Assembly (NCBI GenBank): GCA_019090615.1
Contig: JAHRVQ010000052.1
Coordinates: forward strand, 65,938 to 97,937
Direction of reading: 5' to 3'
Source: Pseudomonadales bacterium
GTDB taxonomy: Bacteria; Pseudomonadota; Gammaproteobacteria; Pseudomonadales; Azotimanducaceae
DNA length: 32,000 nt
Part shown: one piece after another, positions 8,884 to 16,947 of the stretch
How positions within the stretch are numbered: position 1 is the first letter of the stretch
Layout of the letters: each line of letters starts with the position of its first letter
Notes under the pieces: generated by a model
The model's database searches: none
What the model was told of the DNA's origin: nothing
The model's input: only the letters and a program-made list of their open reading frames with translations
Program-made: the position numbers and the translations under genes

Positions 8884-8897
8884 TTTTTTGGGGGGGG
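8884..8897. repeat. T6G8 homopolymer tract in the 279-nt spacer upstream of the TIR/STAND gene pair
   Basis: Direct reading atattttttggggggggtataac: G8 at 8890-8897 preceded by T6. Confidence 0.9.
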
Positions 8898-8977
8898 TAT
8901 AACAGATTCCCAGCTACTTTATTTTTGCGCTAATAATTTACTGCCTGTGCGTATGTAAAAGCACAAAGGGTAAAGCG

Positions 8978-10078
8978 TTAGAGTGCCCTGGCGACGCGAA
9001 AACCCACATCGAAGAACGAATCATCGGTAAGGAACCTAAGGCGGTTCGCGGACCGCAAATTCGCTGGTATGTCGTTCCAGCCACCGCCGCGCAACACCTG
9101 CCGGGCGCACTGCGCCCCATCAGCATCCAGCCAGGATGAGCCATCAACAGGCGCCCCAACATAACTATCATGCCAGCAGTCTGCGGTCCATTCCACGACA
9201 TTACCCGACATATCAGACAGCCCCAACAAATTACGTTGAAATGATCCACCTGACGCAGTATATGGATAACCATCCTCACAATCTGCAAATTCCTCAACGC
9301 CCAACTTTTTCGCCAGGGTTTCGTCAGCACCATTGGCATAAATACATTGTTGGTCATGGCCGGCGTCCTGACCCCAGTAATATGCCTCTATGCTGCCCGC
9401 GCGAGCCGCATATTCCCATTGCGCCTCTGACGGCAAATAATAATCAAACCCTGTCACCAGCGATAACCAGCGCGTATAGGCATTGGCATCACGCCAACTA
9501 ATACAGGTCACTGGATGAAGCCTGGTTTGTGGAAAACCCGGGTTACGCCAGTTACGATCCTTGCGCTGCTCGTAACCCTCCGCATCTGCATTAAATGCAT
9601 AGCAGCCGTTGGTCTCAGAATCAGCCTTATAACCGCTATCTTCCACAAAATCTTCAAATTGACCCAGGCTAACTTCGCACCGGCTGAGTGCAAAGGGTTG
9701 TTTAATGGTCACGCCATGTAATCTCTCATCAGGGTCACGGTCAGCTTCATTTTCCTCTGAACCCATATAGAAACGCCCTGACGGAATAATCACCATTTCA
9801 GGGCCAGGGGTTGCTTCTAACTCGGATATTGCCCTGTCTGTACAGGGCTTAGCGGGCAAGCTACCGGCAGGCTTAAAATCCACCAGGCTAGCATCCCTTG
9901 TTAACGGCCGGTCTGCTGGCTTCTTCCCCTTAGTAGACTTTTCTGGCCCCATTGCGATCGCGTCAGTAGGATAAGTAACCGCTATTATCAGGGGCATAAA
10001 TAATAAGACGCATAACCGTATAGTCGGCAATAAATGACAATCTTGCATCACCTTTAGGGTATTCGTTGAATCCTTCAT
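8978..10078 (-). CDS. Secreted or membrane-anchored FGE/SUMF1-like domain protein
   Basis: The ORF track gives 8978..10114. I prefer the ATG at 10078 (MKDSTNTL...), which is preceded by GGAGCAAATA. A hydrophobic leader follows (LLPTIRLCVLLFMPLIIAVTYPTDAIA). The FGE-like motifs are RFYMGS, WEYAARAG, GNVVEWTADCWH, VLRGGGW and GFRVARAL. Confidence 0.85.
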   Translation of the reverse strand: MKDSTNTLKVMQDCHLLPTIRLCVLLFMPLIIAVTYPTDAIAMGPEKSTKGKKPADRPLTRDASLVDFKPAGSLPAKPCTDRAISELEATPGPEMVIIPSGRFYMGSEENEADRDPDERLHGVTIKQPFALSRCEVSLGQFEDFVEDSGYKADSETNGCYAFNADAEGYEQRKDRNWRNPGFPQTRLHPVTCISWRDANAYTRWLSLVTGFDYYLPSEAQWEYAARAGSIEAYYWGQDAGHDQQCIYANGADETLAKKLGVEEFADCEDGYPYTASGGSFQRNLLGLSDMSGNVVEWTADCWHDSYVGAPVDGSSWLDADGAQCARQVLRGGGWNDIPANLRSANRLRFLTDDSFFDVGFRVARAL

Positions 10079-10241
10079 TATTTGCTCCAAACTTTTATGC
10101 GTCATCTGCCTCACATGGGCAACCTGTCAACCGCATTTGAACAACTGATAAAATTTATTTACCTGCCCAGAAAACGTTTTATAACCTGAGAAAGCGGTAA
10201 AGGTATAAAAAGAAAAGGGAAAAAGAGAAAAGTACCAAGGG

Positions 10242-13200
10242 TTAACGTGCCCTGGCGACGCGAAAACCCACAAGGCTGAACGAAGCACCGGAATTGATCC
10301 AATAGCGGATCGCGGACCGCAAATACGCTGGTTTGTCGTTCCAGCCACCGCCGCGCAACACCTGCTGGGCGCAAGCGCCCTTATCCGTAGGCCAGGCTGA
10401 TTCATCATCCGGCGCCCCCTTATAAGAATTATGCCAACAATCCGGCACCCACTCCCGAACATTACCATGCATATCAAATAGACCAAAGTTGTTGGCTATA
10501 AAACTGCCTACGGGTGCTGTCTGGTTACTAAATCCATCCGCTGGCCAGCCAAAATATTCACTACCATTAGCATGTTTGCCACTGGGTGAATCGCCCCAGT
10601 TATAGCGGCTACTGGACCCTGCCCTGGCGGCATATTCCCATTCTGCCTCTGTGGGCAATCGATAACTGGCGCCGGTCTGTTCTGATAACCATTCAACGTA
10701 GGCCGTTGCATCATGCCAGCTAACATTAATCACCGGTCGTTGGGCACGGCCCCAGCCTTCGTCATCTGGCAATGGGCGCCGGGTACTACGGGCAAATAAA
10801 TCATACTCGGCAAAGGTCACTTCCATCATACCCAGCGCAAATTTTCGGCTAAGGGTCACCTTATGTTGCGGACTTTCATCCTCGCGACGGCCCTCTTCCC
10901 CTACCGGCGAGCCCATCATAAAACTACCTACCGGTATGTTAACCATTCTCGGCCCCTGACCACCAACCAATAACGAATCACTGAAGGTGTTTGAGGGCTT
11001 AATAGAAGCAAAATTATCTGCAGACTTAAACTCTGTCAGTTGACCTGGCGACAAGTGATGTGCCCTGTTATCTTGCAGAATAACATCAGGGTTGGTTTGT
11101 GTGTTTGTTATACCTTCAGCGTCCTGCCATAAAACCAGGTTAATTTCATCGCTGGCCAGGGCAGTATCTAATGCCGCCGGCAAAAAACGCGCATAACTTA
11201 AATTATTCAGCCGCCGACGCACATATTGCACCTGTTGCAGGCTAACATTTTTGCCATAGGATAAGGGCTGCGCTGCCGGTCCAGTTTGCCGCAGGGCAAC
11301 CCGGTTGACGTTAAAACCGTGGCTGTATAATCGTGCTGCCAGTGCTGTAGCCAGCTTATTGGTGGTGGATGCTTCGATATTCACCACTAGATTACGATGT
11401 TGATTACGCTGATAATCCATCAACCAGTCTTGCAGCATAAACCCAATGGCCTTGTTATTTGCGGCAATACCCAACCCCAATAGCAGCGCCAGAATAAATG
11501 CTCTGGCGCCGTACAACATGGCCGTAAAACGCTGCAGGCCCGGCAGGTTGCGCGCCAATGTTTTACCCAGCCTGATATCAATTTTTTCTCCCCGGCCTAA
11601 CATCAGGCGGGCAAACACAGCATCGGAATAAACACTGGCAGGGGGTTTTGCTTCAAATAACACCCGCAGCAGATCCCAGCCACCATCCGCCTGGCGCAGT
11701 CTACGGCTCAGGTTTTGCCACCACTCACCTGCACCAGGGGGCAGAGCGATAGGCAGCACAATTTCACCACGGGTACTGCTGACACCCTGGAATAAACCCA
11801 GATAGACCCCCTTAACCCGGTCAACCTGCGCCGGTATCAATTCACGGGTTAGATCATCACGCAGCCAGTCGGGCATATATCCATGTCGGCACCAGGGCAA
11901 TTGAGCAATACGCAACATACGCTGTTCGCGACTGGCAGCGTCAGTTGCCTGGGGAAACAAACTACGATCCAGCGCCCGGGTCAGGCTCCAGTGAATCTGC
12001 GGATAGGCCGCCATGGCCCCCAGCAAGAACATACCCCTGCCATCAAGATAACTTTTAATCGCTGCCAGCATTGCACCGCGCTCGGCCTTTACCGGCGGCA
12101 GTGGTTGCAACAGCAAATCCTCATCCCGCAATAGATCCGGCAAGGGTATATAACCGCTATGCGGCGGGTTACGCGGCATCCGCTGGTTGCTCGATAAAGC
12201 GCTGTCCTGGGGGCTAGTTCTATCCAGGGGACGAAAGGGGCGCGCTATGGTTTTGGCCATAGCAACCAGACCATCGCTATCCAGCGCAGCGAGGCGAAAC
12301 CCCGCGGCTACAATATTGTTTTGAGTATCGTCAGCCACCTGGCTAGTATTCAAAATACCCCGCTGATCCCATACCTGCAGCTGGTCCGCCCAGTGATTTA
12401 AACTGCCGTCCCAGATATTAAACAGGATAGCCGGATCACCCACCAGGATAAGCCGCGAACCCCGATGCTGGGCCGCAATATCGGCCAATGAACGTAATCG
12501 ATGTTGCCCAAAGGCTTCACGCGCAAAACCTGGATTGTCACGATAATCAAAGCGGTGCACCGTTAAGCCGGCCTGTTCTAATAACGCCAGCACACGATCT
12601 GCCAGGCCAGCAATATGATCCTCCCGATGTTTAAACTCAGCCAGCAGGATAATTTCCGGAATTTCCTGTCGATCAGCATACACTGGCTGGAACAAGCCGT
12701 TAGCACGGATGCTGCTGGCCACGGTTTGTGCTTCATCCAGCCGTTGGCCTGGATAAAATACCGGCGTATGTAATGCCTTTAATGCGCGCCGCACTTGCTG
12801 GCTGGCAAATAGATCATCCACTGGCGCCCGCACCCGCAACTGCTGCAGTGGATTGGCCGGGTTAGCAGGCCCTTTGCGAAAGGCAATCCAGCGTTGGTAA
12901 TAACGCAACCCAAGCCATATAAAAGCCAGTATCAGGGGCGCCAGCGGCAACAGCCAACGGGCCGCATCCAGACCGCTTTGGTAGCCTGGCATCAGCAGCG
13001 GCGGATCAGGTTTTTTACGCAGCGGCAAGGGCTCAGGCTGGATCTGCAACCAGGCCAGTTTTTCACCCTCGGCTATACCCTCAGCGGATAATGAACCAAC
13101 AGTATCAGATGGTTGCGTCTTGTTAGACAGATCAATCACCGCAGGCGGCGCAATCTTGATAGCCGCAAATGGCCATCGACCGTAGGTCCAGTTATAACTT

Positions 13201-13664
13201 ACGCCAACCACCAACAGGATAAGCAGCATCATACTTAACAGCCACGTTGTGGGTCTGATCAACCTGGGCGTAGGTTGGGTTGATGCCGCCGCCAGCGGCG
13301 CATCCAGTACTTTGGTATGCACAAGTTTTGACGCTGCCCATTGCCGGCCTGTTTCGCGGTTAAGGTCCCTTACTTCAAGCGCCGGGTCTGTTTGATCAAG
13401 CCAGAGCTTCATTACCTCGGCAAAACTGGCCTGGTCCAGGGCACTTTTACAGACTAACGGCCCAATATAAGCACCCAGTTGCTGAGGCCGGGTGGGTAGT
13501 TGGTGGTTCAACTGAAGCTGTTGCAGCAGATCGTTTATATTAATCCAGGTGCCTGGGTCATGGCATAAATCGGCCGCCCGCAGCAACCGCCATAGCCGTG
13601 GCAGTCCATCTTGTAATAATTCATCGACGCTCAGGGTCGATAATTTAGGCGCTGACATCTGCAC
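10242..13664 (-). CDS. Large three-TM protein with an uncharacterised ~430-aa cytoplasmic region and a C-terminal FGE/SUMF1-like domain
   Basis: 1140 aa, with a GTG start at 13664 or an ATG at 13658. Hydrophobic segments are LLSMMLLILLVVGVSY, LLPLAPLILAFIWLGLRYY and AFILALLLGLGIAA. The C-terminal 250 aa are paralogous to the 904-aa protein (GNVREWVPDCWH, VLRGGGW, GFRVARAR). The gene starts 10 nt after the MoxR-like gene. Confidence 0.8.
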   Translation of the reverse strand: MQMSAPKLSTLSVDELLQDGLPRLWRLLRAADLCHDPGTWININDLLQQLQLNHQLPTRPQQLGAYIGPLVCKSALDQASFAEVMKLWLDQTDPALEVRDLNRETGRQWAASKLVHTKVLDAPLAAASTQPTPRLIRPTTWLLSMMLLILLVVGVSYNWTYGRWPFAAIKIAPPAVIDLSNKTQPSDTVGSLSAEGIAEGEKLAWLQIQPEPLPLRKKPDPPLLMPGYQSGLDAARWLLPLAPLILAFIWLGLRYYQRWIAFRKGPANPANPLQQLRVRAPVDDLFASQQVRRALKALHTPVFYPGQRLDEAQTVASSIRANGLFQPVYADRQEIPEIILLAEFKHREDHIAGLADRVLALLEQAGLTVHRFDYRDNPGFAREAFGQHRLRSLADIAAQHRGSRLILVGDPAILFNIWDGSLNHWADQLQVWDQRGILNTSQVADDTQNNIVAAGFRLAALDSDGLVAMAKTIARPFRPLDRTSPQDSALSSNQRMPRNPPHSGYIPLPDLLRDEDLLLQPLPPVKAERGAMLAAIKSYLDGRGMFLLGAMAAYPQIHWSLTRALDRSLFPQATDAASREQRMLRIAQLPWCRHGYMPDWLRDDLTRELIPAQVDRVKGVYLGLFQGVSSTRGEIVLPIALPPGAGEWWQNLSRRLRQADGGWDLLRVLFEAKPPASVYSDAVFARLMLGRGEKIDIRLGKTLARNLPGLQRFTAMLYGARAFILALLLGLGIAANNKAIGFMLQDWLMDYQRNQHRNLVVNIEASTTNKLATALAARLYSHGFNVNRVALRQTGPAAQPLSYGKNVSLQQVQYVRRRLNNLSYARFLPAALDTALASDEINLVLWQDAEGITNTQTNPDVILQDNRAHHLSPGQLTEFKSADNFASIKPSNTFSDSLLVGGQGPRMVNIPVGSFMMGSPVGEEGRREDESPQHKVTLSRKFALGMMEVTFAEYDLFARSTRRPLPDDEGWGRAQRPVINVSWHDATAYVEWLSEQTGASYRLPTEAEWEYAARAGSSSRYNWGDSPSGKHANGSEYFGWPADGFSNQTAPVGSFIANNFGLFDMHGNVREWVPDCWHNSYKGAPDDESAWPTDKGACAQQVLRGGGWNDKPAYLRSAIRYWINSGASFSLVGFRVARAR
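10341..10539. repeat. Near-identical 199-nt block shared with 4450..4648
   Basis: See the partner feature. The 3' flanks of the genes also share aaaagggaaaaag[c/a]gaaaag. Confidence 0.8.
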
Positions 13665-13674
13665 ACCGAGGCCG

Positions 13675-14811
13675 CTAAGCTGGCTGTAACCATTTGGTTA
13701 GCAGCCCCGTGGCATCAGCTTGAATTTCAGGGTTTTTCAGCAGGGTCAGCTTAACGGCCGCCAACACCTGCTGGCGCGGCTGCTGGTTTAATAATTTATC
13801 CTGATCCAGATCAAATGGGCGGTTTATGCTGCCGGGTAAAATAAGATCAAGGAAGTTAATCATTTCTGCTAGCCCAGGGCGACGGCTGATATTCACCGCA
13901 TCACTGCGCAAATACCGAAACAGGGCGGTAGCATCCCTGGCCAATTTAGAATCCTCAACAAAACGACTGCCAAGGCGTTGTTGGCATATTTTTTCTATGG
14001 TGACGATGGATTCACCGTCATTGCCATCGTTAGTCTTTTTATTATCCTTTTTATTATTCATCGCCACTGAGCCTTTAATGGCGTCCTCATTAAACGGTGG
14101 AAAGGTAAGATGGTAATAAACACAACGGCGTAAAAAAGCGTCGGGCAGATTGCGCTCTGAGTTACTGGTAATAATCACGATGGGGCGATATTTAAATTCA
14201 TCTTCGGTCAGTTCGACGCGCACTTCATGGCCAACAGCGCGTTCAAATTCTGGAATGCGGAATGCCATATCTTCAAGCTCAGTGAGGATATCGTTGGGTA
14301 CATCGCGGGGTGCCTTGTCAACTTCGTCAATCAGCACCACAGAACGTGACTGTTGATGCGCCTGTACCACCAACGCATCGGCGGCCAAATTTAACGCTGA
14401 GCCGGTTAAAAAACTGACAGGTTTTGAATTTAACAGCGCCAACCCCAGTGCTTCAAATTTGATATATCGTTGCGGTGTGGCATCACCGTCGGTGGAGGCG
14501 GCATGGAAGCGCCCCACCGTATCAAAGCGATAAAACAGGTCGGTTGCGCGGGTATCAGATTTGACCGCAAACACAAAAGGGTCAAGCAGGCCTAACTCCC
14601 AGGCGACCGCATCTGCCAGGCGTGATTTACCCGAACCTGGCTCCCCCGTTAGCAGCAGCGGCATACCTAAGGTGATCGCCACGTTAACGGCGGCGCTAAG
14701 ATCGGCTGGGGCACGATAGTTGGCCCCTGCGCGCATACGTGCCGGGTTTATTTCAGGTATTGCTATATCTGAGCTAGCCTGGCTGCCCTTGCCGGAGAAA
14801 TAGGATTGCAT
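13675..14811 (-). CDS. MoxR/AAA_5-like AAA+ ATPase
   Basis: 378 aa. Walker A is LLLTGEPGSGKSRLADAVA and Walker B is VVLIDEVDKAPRDVPNDILTELED. A sensor-like stretch reads PIVIITSNSERNLPDAFLRRCVYYHL. An AAGGAA ribosome-binding site sits upstream, and there are 10-nt gaps to both neighbours. Confidence 0.85.
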   Translation of the reverse strand: MQSYFSGKGSQASSDIAIPEINPARMRAGANYRAPADLSAAVNVAITLGMPLLLTGEPGSGKSRLADAVAWELGLLDPFVFAVKSDTRATDLFYRFDTVGRFHAASTDGDATPQRYIKFEALGLALLNSKPVSFLTGSALNLAADALVVQAHQQSRSVVLIDEVDKAPRDVPNDILTELEDMAFRIPEFERAVGHEVRVELTEDEFKYRPIVIITSNSERNLPDAFLRRCVYYHLTFPPFNEDAIKGSVAMNNKKDNKKTNDGNDGESIVTIEKICQQRLGSRFVEDSKLARDATALFRYLRSDAVNISRRPGLAEMINFLDLILPGSINRPFDLDQDKLLNQQPRQQVLAAVKLTLLKNPEIQADATGLLTKWLQPA

Positions 14812-14821
14812 CGGTTATTCC

Positions 14822-16231
14822 TTATAAAATTCTAGCCTGCTTTAATGAGTGCAACATATGCTTTTTAAGCGATTTATAACGCAGGCTGGTGCCCTCTGGC
14901 AGCGCATCATCAATACCAGTTTCTATTTTTTCGAGATCATAATATTTATCAAACTGCGCAATATCCTGATACCAGGATTCAAAATGCGCCAGCGATATTT
15001 CCCCCGGTGATGCTAGCCAGGTGGCATTGGTTGTACTTTCAATTTTCAGGTTTTGTCTATTTGCCCTGGCAGCGTCGGTTTCACGAATACAGCCAAAAAT
15101 AATCACCAGCCTTTTATGTCGTCGGTTGTTTTCTGATATGCCTTCAATTAACGCCTGGGCCGACTTAATATAACCATCAAGATAAGGTTCACTACGTTCA
15201 TCCAGTACCGTGTAGATAACTTTAATAGTCGGGTCAGAGCGCATCCACTCATCAAGGCCCGCAATTTTTTGTTCAATAGCCAAGTCTGCTTTAGTGTCCA
15301 AACGGCTGCCTTCTGGATTAGGTTGAGCACCATTATTGGCATTGGCATTGCTGCTGGTGCGAGATATCGCATTTTGCAGCATGGCGTGATAATGCGCTGG
15401 GCCACTGCCAGCCAGCACACTTAAAGCTTTTAGATTATGCCCAGGTTGCTGACTGGATATTGACACCGCACCCTGCCGCTGGCGTAAGATCACATGATCA
15501 GCAAAGGCAGCCAACGAATCTGCGGCCAGGTATTCAAGCAGAAAAATCAAACTGTCGTTACCCGTGCTATCACGGATGACTCGGTCGGTTTCGGCTAATA
15601 GTTTTTCACGATTAATCAACCGGATCAGCATTTGTTCTCGTGCCTCGAACTGGCTGCTGTCTGTTGTTGTAGGTTGCGATAGATTAGCCTGGTGTTGGTG
15701 TTGGTGCTGATGTGGATCGTGATCTTGATGCGGGTCGGTCTCAGCATTGGTCAAGCCTGCCGCAATTGGGCTATCGTCCGAGTGGCAATCAAGTTTATAT
15801 TGTAATTCTGCTACAAATTCACCGAATTTCAGCTCTTCATAGCGATAACAATTACGTTGACTAAAGGGCATTGGCAGTGCGTCATTTTCAAGCTCACCCA
15901 CCAGGATGGGGGAATATCGGCCTATATGTTCCGCCAATTCAATGTTTTGTTTAGCGGCACCGGCTTTATCCTGGCCCCAGACTAAATCTGCTTCCGACCT
16001 TACATGGTCGCTAGCAATCGCATTTTCTGACCATAATACCACCACCGCCCCAGCGAGCTTTACTCGTTTAGGAATCGCGTAGCGCCACCAGGCACCGCTG
16101 AATAGATCAATGTCCATAAATGTCTGAATACCAAAACCTTCTAGCTCCTGTCGAAACTTTAACGCGATCGCTTTATCCAGCCGAGAATAGCTGATAAACA
16201 CATAGGGTTTTGCTGGATCCAGGCGTTTCAT
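14822..16231 (-). CDS. TIR-domain protein with a His/Gln-rich linker and an uncharacterised C-terminal domain lacking a P-loop
   Basis: 469 aa. The N-terminus is PYVFISYSRLDKAIALKFRQELEGFGIQTFMD...AVVVLWSENAIASDHVRSEADL, which gives TIR strand motifs and a conserved Glu. The linker is DPHQDHDPHQHQHQHQ. No GxxxxGK[ST] motif occurs in the C-terminal 270 aa. Confidence 0.8.
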   Translation of the reverse strand: MKRLDPAKPYVFISYSRLDKAIALKFRQELEGFGIQTFMDIDLFSGAWWRYAIPKRVKLAGAVVVLWSENAIASDHVRSEADLVWGQDKAGAAKQNIELAEHIGRYSPILVGELENDALPMPFSQRNCYRYEELKFGEFVAELQYKLDCHSDDSPIAAGLTNAETDPHQDHDPHQHQHQHQANLSQPTTTDSSQFEAREQMLIRLINREKLLAETDRVIRDSTGNDSLIFLLEYLAADSLAAFADHVILRQRQGAVSISSQQPGHNLKALSVLAGSGPAHYHAMLQNAISRTSSNANANNGAQPNPEGSRLDTKADLAIEQKIAGLDEWMRSDPTIKVIYTVLDERSEPYLDGYIKSAQALIEGISENNRRHKRLVIIFGCIRETDAARANRQNLKIESTTNATWLASPGEISLAHFESWYQDIAQFDKYYDLEKIETGIDDALPEGTSLRYKSLKKHMLHSLKQARIL

Positions 16232-16270
16232 TGCTTAAAGGTATTCTTAACTGGTTGCTTTAGGTGCTTA

Positions 16271-16342
16271 TTAAAAGCCGGGCTGTGGCTTTTCTTAAAA
16301 ACCGGGCTGTGGCTTTTGTTAAAAACCGGGCTGTGGGCACTT
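16271..16342. repeat. 24-bp tandem repeat x3 in the spacer between the 153-aa gene and the TIR gene
   Basis: ttaaaagccgggctgtggcttttc ttaaaaaccgggctgtggcttttg ttaaaaaccgggctgtgggcacttc. The core ccgggctgtgg starts at 16278, 16302 and 16326. Confidence 0.85.
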
Positions 16343-16433
16343 CTCATAATCAGTTCTGGTATCTTTTTGATCATTATCTAGTCAGACTCGGTTCTTTTGT
16401 TCGGCTATTCGGCGTATCTATTTTTTTAACTTT

Positions 16434-16895
16434 TTATGTCTTTTCACCAAAAGATTCAACTCCTGCGATCTCGGCTAACATGCCACAATAATTATTCAGG
16501 TCTATCTGCAGGTTTTTTAAATCCTCACGGAATGCTGTATTTGCCCCAGGGCCACCCAGCGTATTGGCCCGTGGATGCCAGTGAGCCGTAAAGGGCCTGA
16601 TGACCTCATTAAGGATAATAACAGCGATACGAGAAAAATTGACGCTTGACCTGCCGTGGGTTTTAAGGATTTCGCGGGTCAGCGGGAACAGCTGATAAAC
16701 GCTGTTTAACGCACTGACTTCATCGCCATCCAATGGGCTTAATGGCACGGTGGTAACCCGCGTTATTAATTCAATATACATACACCAGGCCGCATCTTTA
16801 TCGGCGTCGCCTGGCTGCCATTCCCAATTAGCAAAACCTGCCTTAATGGTGACTTTTTTTAGCTGCCAGGTTTCAAATAAATCCCTGATTTTCAT
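16434..16895 (-). CDS. Hypothetical 153-aa, probably helical cytoplasmic protein; first gene of the minus-strand cluster
   Basis: This is the only long ORF in the interval, and it lies on the same strand as the cluster. I cannot name a recognisable catalytic motif. The weak ribosome-binding site lowers confidence. Confidence 0.6.
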   Translation of the reverse strand: MKIRDLFETWQLKKVTIKAGFANWEWQPGDADKDAAWCMYIELITRVTTVPLSPLDGDEVSALNSVYQLFPLTREILKTHGRSSVNFSRIAVIILNEVIRPFTAHWHPRANTLGGPGANTAFREDLKNLQIDLNNYCGMLAEIAGVESFGEKT

Positions 16896-16947
16896 TAGTG
16901 TTGCTGCCTGTTGATGTAACGCTGATTCAAAAATGAAGTACCTTTGA

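Noticed and set aside
4351-13664. Reading the three FGE-like genes as a sulfatase-maturation (SUMF1/FGE) operon.
   Set aside because: The catalytic Cys pair is absent in all three copies and there is no sulfatase gene nearby. The domains are fused or linked to a STAND NTPase, a MoxR-like ATPase and TIR proteins.
10242-13664. Calling the cytoplasmic region of the 1140-aa protein a vWA domain, the expected MoxR partner.
   Set aside because: I could not find a MIDAS DxSxS motif by eye, so the region is left as uncharacterised. The question is raised as a finding rather than an annotation.
16264-16491. A 75-aa plus-strand ORF (…KNRAVAFVKNRAVG…).
   Set aside because: It is a translation of the 24-bp tandem repeat in the intergenic spacer and overlaps the 3' end of the 153-aa gene on the opposite strand.
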